The notes under the pieces were generated by a model. That model did not search any database and was not told the DNA's origin. It saw only the letters and a list, made by a program, of their open reading frames with translations. A DNA stretch of 56,785 nt, the filler included, from Basidiobolus ranarum (Eukaryota), in the NCBI GenBank assembly GCA_040143965.1. It is 4 parts of 4 records of this genome, joined end to end, with 100 filler letters (N's around TTAATTAATTAA, not from the genome) between each part and the next. Parts side by side here need not be neighbours in the genome. Positions count along the whole stretch, not along the records: positions 42,703 to 56,785 come from JASJQH010000443.1; 3 more parts are not named here. One strand, written 5' to 3'. A program made the translations under genes and the position numbers. Within the stretch, counting starts at the first letter, position 1. Every line of letters begins with the position of its first letter. This document shows, piece by piece, positions 42,603 to 53,484 of this stretch.

Positions 42603-42702
42603 NNNNNNNNNNNNNNNNNNNNNNNNNNNNNNNNNNNNNNNNNNNNTTAATTAATTAANNNNNNNNNNNNNNNNNNNNNNNNNNNNNNNNNNNNNNNNNN
42701 NN
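42603..42702. other. Artificial contig-joining spacer
   Basis: Same N44-TTAATTAATTAA-N44 spacer. Confidence 0.97.
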
Positions 42703-43405
42703 GTAGAGAACGTAATGATGAAGCTACACCCAGAAATTGTGAGCACTTTTATACTTCAAGCACTTACCTCGGGTGGCTCATCTGGAAGCATGGCACGTCC
42801 TATATTAAGGGAAGCGGCATGATTGGGATTGAAGTTGATTCTAGAATATCGCTTATTTGTAAGTGTGGTAGGTACTCAGTATGTAGAGAAAGGTATCGAA
42901 ATTCGAAATCCCCATTTTCTGGCTTCCGTTCTGTTGGAGGTTACGTGTCTCGTTCGTACATTTTATATTAGGACTACTGTAATAAATAACTTGTTGGAGA
43001 CAAATGAACTAGTATTTGAATTTGGAATACAAATGCAAGTACTGTGTTTTCATAGGTAACTGCTGATCCTGAAAATTCTGTATTTAGATTAGTCTTCACA
43101 CCTTTTCGAACCTAATATAAATTAATGTCGCCTTGATACATCAGCAACATCAGGAATTATAAGTAAGTCTTGATGAGTATATCCACAACCTGTTATAAGA
43201 ATATACCGCCACTATCGCTGAGAGTGAGATAACTAATGGACATGGCTACACATGCAACAAATCTTAGTAATTTTAGTTATCTGACTTTGTGGTTGTTGCA
43301 GATAGTTTTGTTTATTTATGAAGGTTATTGAGCATATGTTCTAGTAAGCTAGCAATAAATCTAAAATGTGTAGTAACTATTCATTAAATAGAGTGAAGGA
43401 ATTAG

Positions 43406-43834
43406 CTAGATAATGCACATAACGTTAGGACTGGATGGCAACACTCTGACCTTGTGTATCCCATAAACTAATGGGCATCCAACTGGACGTTTTTCATTTT
43501 TCTTATTGTCGATGAGCGTCAAAGTGTCATTGCCTATGAAACGGCTAGTGATCGGGAACAAAATTTCAATATTTCCTTGCTGACTTTGTACATCTACAGT
43601 GTGTACTTGATGCACTACAACCCCGCGGCGAGAGCCAGCTCGGTAGAGCTCCACGTTCAGACCACTTACAGTATTAAGTACAGGAGAGGGGATACGGAAT
43701 TGTAACTTCATTGTACATCCAGCATGAATCACACCAGGGCCATTGATATCCACATTAGTGGTGCAGATACTGGGAGACGGTGCTGCAAAACCCAGACTAA
43801 GCATTGAGAGAGCAATCAAAGTAGAAGAAATCAT
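43406..43834 (-). CDS. Small secreted protein (142 aa, 4 Cys, beta-rich)
   Basis: Likely start MISSTLIALSMLSLGFAAPSP (signal peptide); TATAAAA on the minus strand at ~43916-43922. Confidence 0.75.
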   Translation of the reverse strand: MISSTLIALSMLSLGFAAPSPSICTTNVDINGPGVIHAGCTMKLQFRIPSPVLNTVSGLNVELYRAGSRRGVVVHQVHTVDVQSQQGNIEILFPITSRFIGNDTLTLIDNKKNEKRPVGCPLVYGIHKVRVLPSSPNVMCII

Positions 43835-44556
43835 TTTAATAGCGATTTGAAAAGAACCAGTAGTGCCAAGATATAAAAAACCTTGAATATCACTACTGTA
43901 TACTGCTAGAGACACTTTTATACTAGATTTGCTTACGAGCCAGGAGACATCTCAGACTCAATCGAATGCATGCTACACTCTGACTCTGTAAAAACAGGCT
44001 TGGCTGGAGCTATGATGCATCACGAATAAGCCATTAGATGATTATTACCGGTTGTGGTCTATATTGAAGAAATATCAGAACCCCCTAGCCCCACTACTTG
44101 TACTTCTTTGTATCTGACATTGCTTACGGAGAAGAGATAACTCTGAAAGTTCATTAGTTATACTGCAAATATTGACTTGGACTTTCTTAATTCAATCAAC
44201 GCTTCGGGTATTAGTTGTAAGCTGGAATTTTTCAGACGGATATTTACCACGCCAAACACTATACTCACTTCAAGCAGACTTCGTTGAGATTGTGACTCCA
44301 TTATCAATATTTAGTATTCATACTAATGCTCTAGGCACGCAAATCCCCATCTAAATGGTTTATGATCAGCAGGTTATTCTATTTGTGTGAATTACTTTGT
44401 ACACATTTCCCGTAATCAGCCTGTTAGAAGTTAGCAATTTTCCTTCCAAGATTTACTTAGCACCATCTCCGTTTGGTAATTAAGTTCAGAAGTACGGGTA
44501 GTGGGGTATGGGGGTTCCGATGTTTCTTCAATATTTTCATCACAATTTGATATACC

Positions 44557-44628
44557 ATAGTATTGCTTCGCCAGTTCACCCTAAATAAAGATGATAGTAT
44601 TGCTTCGCCAGTTCACCCTAAATAAAGA
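44557..44628. repeat. Tandem duplication of 35 bp (period 37)
   Basis: ATAGTATTGCTTCGCCAGTTCACCCTAAATAAAGA occurs twice, separated by TG. Confidence 0.9.
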
Positions 44629-45153
44629 AGATCTTTTGCATAAGTAGTAAAATTAACTTAGAATTGATTGCCATTGACCCTGAAGGGCCCAGGGCTGATA
44701 TGCGAAATCGATAAAAATAATCATTGGAGGTGACTATATACTCCAAGCCAGAATCCTCAATTGCCTCTTATATTAACTGGGACTAAATGACGTACATTGA
44801 CCTCCTTGGCAGCTATGGTGATTTGAGGCTGATTTTGTAGCCCATCTCCAGTGAGGGCACTCATAGTAGTGGAGACAGGGAGTGGCTAATACTATTTAGT
44901 ATCTAACCCTACATAAAAGCTTTTTGCCTATATCTTTATATCAGTACACTCGGATATATATAAAGTTTAGCGTGCATATCAAGGGTTGTTACGGTAATCT
45001 TGGTGGTAATCTTGGTGGTAATCTTGCTGCCAATTCAATCTGCAGCTCACTAATGCAGATACTTTATGAGAGCAGAATATTAATAAATGCATTGAAATTT
45101 GACTAGTTTAATTCAAAGCTTAGAAAATCATGCATGACCCTAATACACAATAA

Positions 45154-48100
45154 CTATAGCATGTTCATCGATTTAGCAACTGACTCAAGGTCTATAACTG
45201 TATTGAAAGGGTTAGTGAGGATGTAGTTGGCACATATTTTATACAGATTCAAGTGTTTCTGTGCTATCTCGTGTGGGAGTATTAGGTGGTTATAAGAGAG
45301 TGAAACTTGTAGTCCGTCGTCAACAGGGAATCCTTCGATCATGACAGTTGGGTGAATAGACCAGTAAGTTTTGATTTCACTCACTCTTGCTGAGAACCCT
45401 ACTTCTGGCAACTTACGGCGATAATTTTGATAGGCAACAAATGAGCCAAATACTTTCTGCATATCTGTCCTATCAGCAAAGACACTGTTTTTAAGAACCT
45501 GAGCCAGATCAACATTCTCAAAAGGTAATAGATTGTGTTGCTCCGCTTGGAAACGGCGTAATAGGTCGATCAATCGTTCTTCTTTTTTCATTTCTATCCG
45601 GAATGGCAACACATTGAAACACATTCCCACCATCTCTGCAATGCCTTCCAGAGGCATATTGCGGCCAATTATCACATCTCCAAAGAAGATGTCATTTTCC
45701 TGGGCATACAATCCCATAGTAATGACCCAGACTGCCTTGAAGAAAACCGCTTTCATTAAATCCTCCGTCTTACAGAATCCAGTAATATCGCAAGTTAGGG
45801 TCAGTTTGATCCCCGAGGAGTACTCCGAGGTTACGTACTCTGTAGGCAACTGCCTGGGGATCAAGTCTCCACTAACACCATCTAGCTTGTTCTTCCAATA
45901 CTCAACCTCGGGTACCATATCTTGCTTAAACCAGCTGTCTACAAAGTTTAGGTAAAGGGGGCGAATGGGAGCGCTTCCATGTTCATAAATTTGAATCAAG
46001 TCGCTGAGCAAAAGTTCCATCGTCCATCCATCCATCAACGAGTGATGGATTGTCCAAACAAATCTATATTCTTCAGTTTGGTCGCAGAAAAGAGCAAAGC
46101 GTATCATGTTTCCGCCAAGACGCATACCTTTCTCACGGTTTTCGACTATGTATTTTTCAACGGCTTTCTCTTTTTCTTCCACGGAGGTGCAATTTACAAT
46201 GTGAAACTCTGGCTGGAAATGCTGCTCTTTTATCACTATTTGAAGAAAATTCAAATGGTCCAATTTGGCGTTAGAAAGCACAAACACCGTACGTAATACT
46301 GGATTTTGGTGGCATAATTGCACACAACTCTTTTGGAAGCGCTCAGTATCAAGTGGCGCTGTAATACTGTAGAGTGTCTGGAATATCTGCGCACTTTTAT
46401 CCAATATAGTCTCATAAACCGTATACCCTTGAAGCGGTATACATGGTATTATGTTCTCAACGAAATCCTTTTGAATTCCATTACCAGCGACATCCACTTC
46501 CCAGATTTTTTCCATGGAGGATTCGTCGACATGGAGTAGATTGAATGGTTGCAAGTGCGCCGTACTGTGGTTATCTTTTGACCCTAGACTACTGTTAGTA
46601 GAAAGATATTCTGCTAACATTGCTACAGTGGGGTTATCGAAGATCTGTGATGAACTGATCGGATACCCAGCTTTGTGGCATAAGGAACATATCTCGATAA
46701 CAGAAAGTGAGTCTCCTCCTAGAGACAAAAACGTATCATGAATTCCAATATGCTGCACCGCCAAAACCTTCTGCATGATTTCTGCCAGATTCTCCTCTAG
46801 CGAGGTTCGTGGGGCTATATAGTTTTCATGCAAGCTTGTGTGTGTTACTGGGGGTGCTGGGAGAGCTTTATAGTCGATCTTTCCATTTTCGGTTAATGGT
46901 AGTGACTCCAACACGACGAAATCAGCAGGAGTCATAAAGTCAGGCAACTTTTTTCTCAAAAAATTCTTGAGCTCAGGTATGAATTGTTGTAGCTTTCTGT
47001 GGAGTGGATTGTTGTAATTCTCAGAATCCAAGTTCGTGTACTCCGGCATCTCAAAGAGATGATAGTTTTCGTTGTTATTAGAGCGCCAAAACACAACATC
47101 ATATACTCCTCCACCATCGTGATGACTCCAGGAAATATTCATGCTGAAGCCTTTCTCTTTGGATATAAGATAAAGTTGATCTGGTGAAGCTCCGTCAAAA
47201 TCATTGTCATCAAGTGTTTTCTGTAGTTCAACAGCGGTACAATCATCCAGGCCTCCATCTAATGTTTGCTGCAAATGTATCTCTCTTTCAAGACGCTTGT
47301 TGGGGATACCTTTGATTGCGAGTATATCTTCCTGCCGATTCTGTAATACGTCACGAACACAATCCAGACTTGGACAGTCCACTTTCCAGTCTAACCATCT
47401 TGGGACTTCTATTTTGCCGCTATCCACACAGCCGATGTGCAGTACTACTTGATAACGAAACTTGCTCATCTCGTTCAAATTACTGGTTAGTTTAGGAATC
47501 ACTTGCACGTGACTTATCTCTTTCATCTTTTCTTTCAATGTAAAAAAGTAGGCTGGATCCAACAAAAGCTCATTCTCGTTTGATTCCTTGGTTTTCGCAA
47601 TTTTTCGGAGCTCTTGCACGGTGGTATTTTTATTTGCCTTGAATAGAGCTAGCGAACTGTAATGGTACTTCGACAGAGTCTTCCCGCGAATGTCCCCCAA
47701 AAAGATATGGCCCCCAGGTTTAACAGATTTTATCACACTATTCAGCAAGTTATTTAAATATTGGATACCTGGGAAGTGCTGCAATACTGAGTTGATGATC
47801 ACTGTGTCAAATTGATCGACTTCAAGTGAATCAAGCTCGTGCGCGCCGCCCGATTGCAGCTGAACAATATTCTCCAAGTGTAAATCTTTCAGATATCCCC
47901 GGACATAATCCAGTGCAGCTTCTGATAAATCCGTGCCAACATATACTTCACATTGAGGGGCTATATTAAACATGATCATACCTGATCCGCATCCTATCTC
48001 TAGAACATGCTTAGGGCGAAGACTCTTGATTCCATTAAGAGTGTCCTCTAGCCACTCGCGCATCTCCTGCTGTGGGATTGTAGTACCATCGTAGGTATTA

Positions 48101-50253
48101 GTCCATCCTGCGGTATTGAAAGTTGGCTCGTAGTGACCACGTTGAATATCATCATATGCATACTCGTCACATGCTAGTTTATAGTCGTTTACATACTGCG
48201 GTTCTAAATCGTTAGCATCCATTCGGGTAATATACCCCACCAGTCGCTTATGCTTCATGCCATCTTCAAGTGGAACTATAACGCATTCTTTAACTAATGC
48301 ATGCTGCATCACTACATCACGTACTTCACCCAACTCCACCCGATTACCTCGAATCTTAACCATATCATCAATTCTACCAATATATTCAAGATTCCCATCG
48401 GCCCTCCAGCGTGCTAGATCTCCAGTGCGAAATATCCTTTCTCCAAGGACTGGGTTAACAAATTTTGCAGCAGTTAAGTCAGGCCGGTTCAGATAACCGC
48501 GAGCTAAGCCATTTCCGGCTAAGAAAAGTTCACCCACGGCACCAATGGGTACCGGCTGAAGGTTTTCATTCAGGACATAGGCACGATTATTTGAAATTGG
48601 TCGCCCGACGGGTATTTTAGGCAGGGTTTCTTTAATCTCGTACCATGTTGAGCAGACTGTGACTTCCGTAAGGCCATACAGATGTAACAGACGCCCTGTG
48701 AAGCCAAAATCTAGATATTTCTGAACCAGTTTTATATTTGCAGGCTCACCACCGAACATTACACATTCCAGTGGAGTGAATAAAGTAGGTCTATGAATCA
48801 TAATCTGGTTGAATAACGCAGTTGGCATCACCATACTATTGATACCATGTCGCCTGACCTCACTTTCCAGAGATACCAAGTTCAAGGATGTTGCTCGGTT
48901 GATGCATACAAGGGTACCTCCATTTAGTAGAGCTGACCAGATCTCAAGTGTGGACACATCAAATGATGTATTACAAATTTGCGCAATTCTGGTTTTGGCA
49001 GTCGCCTGAAAATAATCAGTGTTGCATACTAATTGAATAACTGATTTATGCTCGATCATAACTCCTTTTGGTGTTCCGGTTGATCCGGAAGTATACATCA
49101 CGTAAGCAAGATCTTCTGCGGCGACTGATGTATCGAGTCTAACATTGTTTTCGTCATTTTGTATTTTTCCCCATTCTTCATGGATGGCGATCACCTTTGC
49201 AGTTGTTAAGGAGAAAAGATCACTGGACGGTCTATCGATTAGAACTACCTGACACTTAGAGTCTCGAATCATAAAGTCCAACCGTTCAGCTGGATAGCTT
49301 GGATCTAATGGTAAATATGCTCCCCCAGCTTTCAAAACTGCCAGAAAACAGGTGACTAGCCATTGTGATCGTTCCATACAGACTGCCACCAATGTGCCGC
49401 TATTGACTCCTACATCGCGCAAACGATGTGCTAATGCATTGGAGTATCTTTCAAGATCAAGATACGTCATTTTTACATTACCATTGATGAGTGCTACACC
49501 GTGGGGGTTATTGGTTACGTGCCCCTCAAATAAATTTATCATACTCACGCCAGTGGGAAGGTCCGTTTTCGTATCGTTCCAGGTTACTAACAATTTTTCG
49601 AGCTCCTTTTCGTCAAGTATCAAAATATTCTTGATGAGTACTTCGGGAGATTGTGCTATGCTCTCTAATATGTTCAGAAAATGACTGATCATTTGTTGAC
49701 CGATTTCATCTTCAAATAAATCCGTTTGGCATTGTAATAGGCCATTCAATGCAGTAGTGGATTCCTGAAAATGGAGCTCAATAAGTGGATGTTCCCTGTC
49801 TTCACCACTGGAGTGGGCACTCTCAGCTGTCTGATGAAAACTGAAAAGTACTGTGAAAAACGTTTCGCTATTTTTGGCTGATTTATATCCAGACGTACGC
49901 TGAAGCTTGGTTTTCTCAACATTGTGTAGCAGCTCTCGAAAGCTCATATCTGACCAAATATCATGGACGATACAGTGATTATTGATACCTGAAAAACTAT
50001 CTTCGACACAATGAACAATTACCTTGTGCTTGATATAGGAACCAAGAAGTATTTGGAAGGCTGAGAGCAGAATTGTACTCAAGGCTACTTTTTCTTTCTG
50101 GCTCAAATCATGAAGCTTCACTCTCAGGTCACTGGAGACGGTGAATGACTTAGAGGTTATAGTTGATGATTTCTTGCAGAAATCAGCTATTTTGTTTGTG
50201 ACATCGTAAACGTTGGTAGAGAAGCGTTCAGTGTTTGTGGTACTTTTAAGCAT
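45154..50253 (-). CDS. Monomodular NRPS: partial C - A (interrupted by N-methyltransferase) - T - terminal C; intronless
   Basis: A cores YTSGSTGTPKG, FDVS, YGLTE, GELFLAGNGLARGYL, RTGDLAR, VKIRGNRVELGE; embedded MT VLEIGCGSG and INSVLQHFP; then LTENGKIDYKAL, T domain LGGDSL and C domain HHSLMDG. Start taken as MLKSTT (50253), just after TATATATA at ~50288-50296; the ORF extends to 50340. Confidence 0.93.
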   Translation of the reverse strand: MLKSTTNTERFSTNVYDVTNKIADFCKKSSTITSKSFTVSSDLRVKLHDLSQKEKVALSTILLSAFQILLGSYIKHKVIVHCVEDSFSGINNHCIVHDIWSDMSFRELLHNVEKTKLQRTSGYKSAKNSETFFTVLFSFHQTAESAHSSGEDREHPLIELHFQESTTALNGLLQCQTDLFEDEIGQQMISHFLNILESIAQSPEVLIKNILILDEKELEKLLVTWNDTKTDLPTGVSMINLFEGHVTNNPHGVALINGNVKMTYLDLERYSNALAHRLRDVGVNSGTLVAVCMERSQWLVTCFLAVLKAGGAYLPLDPSYPAERLDFMIRDSKCQVVLIDRPSSDLFSLTTAKVIAIHEEWGKIQNDENNVRLDTSVAAEDLAYVMYTSGSTGTPKGVMIEHKSVIQLVCNTDYFQATAKTRIAQICNTSFDVSTLEIWSALLNGGTLVCINRATSLNLVSLESEVRRHGINSMVMPTALFNQIMIHRPTLFTPLECVMFGGEPANIKLVQKYLDFGFTGRLLHLYGLTEVTVCSTWYEIKETLPKIPVGRPISNNRAYVLNENLQPVPIGAVGELFLAGNGLARGYLNRPDLTAAKFVNPVLGERIFRTGDLARWRADGNLEYIGRIDDMVKIRGNRVELGEVRDVVMQHALVKECVIVPLEDGMKHKRLVGYITRMDANDLEPQYVNDYKLACDEYAYDDIQRGHYEPTFNTAGWTNTYDGTTIPQQEMREWLEDTLNGIKSLRPKHVLEIGCGSGMIMFNIAPQCEVYVGTDLSEAALDYVRGYLKDLHLENIVQLQSGGAHELDSLEVDQFDTVIINSVLQHFPGIQYLNNLLNSVIKSVKPGGHIFLGDIRGKTLSKYHYSSLALFKANKNTTVQELRKIAKTKESNENELLLDPAYFFTLKEKMKEISHVQVIPKLTSNLNEMSKFRYQVVLHIGCVDSGKIEVPRWLDWKVDCPSLDCVRDVLQNRQEDILAIKGIPNKRLEREIHLQQTLDGGLDDCTAVELQKTLDDNDFDGASPDQLYLISKEKGFSMNISWSHHDGGGVYDVVFWRSNNNENYHLFEMPEYTNLDSENYNNPLHRKLQQFIPELKNFLRKKLPDFMTPADFVVLESLPLTENGKIDYKALPAPPVTHTSLHENYIAPRTSLEENLAEIMQKVLAVQHIGIHDTFLSLGGDSLSVIEICSLCHKAGYPISSSQIFDNPTVAMLAEYLSTNSSLGSKDNHSTAHLQPFNLLHVDESSMEKIWEVDVAGNGIQKDFVENIIPCIPLQGYTVYETILDKSAQIFQTLYSITAPLDTERFQKSCVQLCHQNPVLRTVFVLSNAKLDHLNFLQIVIKEQHFQPEFHIVNCTSVEEKEKAVEKYIVENREKGMRLGGNMIRFALFCDQTEEYRFVWTIHHSLMDGWTMELLLSDLIQIYEHGSAPIRPLYLNFVDSWFKQDMVPEVEYWKNKLDGVSGDLIPRQLPTEYVTSEYSSGIKLTLTCDITGFCKTEDLMKAVFFKAVWVITMGLYAQENDIFFGDVIIGRNMPLEGIAEMVGMCFNVLPFRIEMKKEERLIDLLRRFQAEQHNLLPFENVDLAQVLKNSVFADRTDMQKVFGSFVAYQNYRRKLPEVGFSARVSEIKTYWSIHPTVMIEGFPVDDGLQVSLSYNHLILPHEIAQKHLNLYKICANYILTNPFNTVIDLESVAKSMNML

Positions 50254-50557
50254 GATGTTATGAGCAGATATGTCAGATTTAGGAGCTATATATATAGCTA
50301 GGATATCCAGTAATCCCAGCAAAGACGGATAAACAATCATTTAAAATATAATACGTATCATTCATTAACTTCACTCGACCTGTGGTAGGTAATAGGAGAC
50401 TAGTTTCAGGGATGGTTCAGGAATGCTCATCAAAGCGTTTCCAAACGAAATTATTAGGTAAATCGAGAAATTAGGTAAATCAAGAGATTACCTTGCTAGT
50501 ACAATGGCAGCATCGATAGAAAATTGGTAAAACAGGATTTCTGAATTCTGATGCTGT

Positions 50558-50607
50558 TATAATATCTGTACTCTGATTATTCTATAATATCTGTACTCTG
50601 ATTATTC
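50558..50607. repeat. 25-bp perfect tandem duplication in the NRPS/P450 divergent promoter
   Basis: TATAATATCTGTACTCTGATTATTC x2. Confidence 0.9.
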
Positions 50608-50848
50608 TGGTTGGTGGTAATGAATTGCAATTATGCCATGCAAATCTTAAATTAAACTATTGTTCAAACTCCACCTACGTATCTCTGTAGCAAAAGGGTC
50701 AATATCCAATTGAGTATAGGTTGTTTCAGCTCCCCTAATTGTAAGGCGACTATTCAAGGAGACATTATTAGTGCACACTACCCCAAGTAGATACCGTATC
50801 TGTTCCATTAAAAGGCAAAGGAGGACTCAAGGCTAATGATTCTTTCGT

Positions 50849-52996
50849 ATGTGGCTTTTCTCTATTACTTTGATTATTATAAGCGCCCTTGCGGTGAAGT
50901 ACTTCAAGTCCGTGCAACCTATCCCTCAAGAGTTACGAAAATTGCCTTCAACTCATGATTTTGCTGGCATATTTCGACTCTTAACCGGTATGGAATTACT
51001 GACAGTTCTAGAGAGATACTATTGCCCTGCTCTTCAGCATGATGGCATAGCAACGGTAATTAGCATATATTTGCAGCTGTTCAATTGAAAGTTATCCTTT
51101 CTGAACTGATTTATGCAGTCCTATATTAGAGGGAAACTTGGAGTGATGGTGAACATTTATTTTACATACTGAAATGATTTCACCCAGCTGAAGTTTGATT
51201 TAGGTTTCCAATCCAGAATATGTAAAGCACATTTGGAAGAATATAGGTATTTGAAATAATATCCATTATGCTGCATACTACTTATCAACGCCAGTACAGA
51301 CGTCATTCCTAAGTTCCCCATTGTTGATGACCCGCACTCACTTATGTTCAAGCTTCTCGGCCGTAACGTGGTTTTTTCGTAACTATCTTTAATATACGTC
51401 TCTCTGTGACTTTTCTAACCAGATTTATAGCAATGGAAAGGTTAGGTCTCTTGATACAAACTAAATATTCCATTTGCTTACGCTGATTTTCAAAGCGTTG
51501 GAAGTTGAGAAGGGAACTTATCAACCCGCTCTTTCGTATGAGTTGGGACCCAGCCAAGTTTGGTCAAATAGTGGTTGATTTCTTTGGCTACATCGAGCGA
51601 AATCCTATGCCAGATCTATACCAAGCCTTTGAATTGTATTGACTTCTAATAATACATCCTATGAATTATTACTAATCTACACCGAACTAGATTGACTCTA
51701 GATAGTCTTGGAAAGATTTTATTCGGCTTCGACTTTCAGGTATTTGACGCGACCCAACTTTGACATTACTCTCTCTGATATTAGTGAATTCTAGGCAATT
51801 CAGAATCCGTCCGGTGAACGAGTAACTACGTACTTTACGGCATTTACTGCTGCCACAGACTCTGTGTATATATTTGCTCCAATTTTGGATTATTGGCCAC
51901 TCGGGCAACGAGCGAAAGGACACCGTGCGGTCGAGCGCTTTCGAACAGTCCTAGGTCAGGTAGCTAAGGACAAAGCCAGGGAAATCAAAGATGATTCCAA
52001 AAATCTGCCTAGAGAACCAAGTGACTTATTGACAGTATTCGTTCAAGCATGGATTGAGAATCAGCTAAGTCTTGAGGAAATATTGGTATGGTAATTTTGA
52101 AAGAATCATCCTAAAATTCCGGACTGAAGTACTGTTTGTAGGATGAAATGACCGCTTTGCTAATCGCTGGCCATGGTAATTATTCTCTAAATTTTACAAG
52201 TGGACAGCAGCTTGAGTAACATCTTTATAGACACAACGGCAAATGCACTCTCATGTGTGGTATATTTGCTAGCTAAACATCCGGAGATTCAGGTGCGTGT
52301 GAGGGAAGAAGTAAAAAGCGCGTTTAGTAACCACACAACAGGCCAGCAAATTCCATCAGCTGATGAAATTAAATGTATGGTAGCATATCAATCAGTCTCA
52401 AGTTATAGTTTATTTAATGGATTTTAGCTTTAAAATATCTCGATGCTGTGATTAAGGAAGCTCTAAGACTCTATCCATCGACGCCTATACTTCCAACACG
52501 TAGAACAGCTAAAGATACTCAACTAGGAAATATTCCAATCCCTGCTGGGACTCTTATAACGGTAAATTTGCATGCTATGCATCGATATGATAAATATTGG
52601 GCCGATCCCCATATATTCAATCCAGAAAGATGGCTATCCTTGGACGATCAGGCGCGCAATAAGATTGCTTGGAGCGCTTTTACTGGTGGGGAACGAATAT
52701 GTAAGAAAAAACGATATATATTAGTTAGTTTCGTGCTGACAACTATATCTTTACTATCAGGTGTTGGAAAAGGATTTGCTACGACTGAATTAAGAGTAGT
52801 GCTCTCAATGCTAAGTATAGATAAGCGATCTATAATTATTCGACGCTACATTCTAACATATGCCACAATTATAGTTCGCAAGTATAGCCTGCATCTACCT
52901 GAGGATAGTGTTCATAAAGAACGGATTCAGTTTTGTTGCAGCATCCTTCTAAAGCCTCGCAACCTTCGGGTTCAATTTAGGCCATATTCAGAATGA
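50849..52996 (+). CDS. Cytochrome P450, intron-rich
   Basis: N-terminal membrane anchor, VVFS|NGK|RWKLRRELINPLF, I-helix LIAGH|DTTANAL, EALR, PERW and heme motif FTGGERI|CVGKGFA. Splices into an intact frame. Confidence 0.92.
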
Positions 52997-53484
52997 ACCT
53001 GAGATGCTACATCTGATGATTATGACCAAAGTCAGCAGTATTACTACATCCTGTAGTATGCAGATTTATATTTATGGATGTTCAATAAAACCAATAATCC
53101 ATAATGCTTCTTTGGGACATAGTTAAATATCCTGTAGAAAGATTTTTTCGGTGTAATTGGCAAAGCAATAGCTCAACCTCTGATAGCTTATGTACTGGGT
53201 GACATCCAAAGTTGCTTCTAAAGGTCGTATATGGTATCATTTAGAGATATTTCGTTTGCAATATACCATCCCAAAATAGTCAAACTTTGAGCTCAAACTC
53301 CTAGGACCTTATTAAACCTTATATATCACTTCCACAAGCCACATCGTTACATACTACCTCTTTATTCAAAATAAAAATAGGGGAAAAATATCAACAGTGT
53401 CATCTGGTTAAGCCCAGTTTAAAAAGAACATTAATTGTATAAATGCGGAAAGTTTCATTTAGTAAATAATATGATTCGATTGAA

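Noticed and set aside
44557-44628. 35-bp direct repeat of CRISPR-like length
   Set aside because: Only two copies, a 2-bp gap and no spacer or cas genes in a eukaryotic genome; a simple tandem duplication.
44993-45026. GGTAATCTTGGT x~3; also TCGACATCTTAC x2 at ~7709 and AGGACC repeats at ~1415
   Set aside because: Ordinary slippage minisatellites with no evidence of function.
45533-49684. Numerous + strand ORFs within the NRPS (and similar ones within the RhoGAP, GMC, kinesin-like and 603-aa genes)
   Set aside because: Antisense or alternate-frame shadows of well-supported genes, with no motifs of their own.
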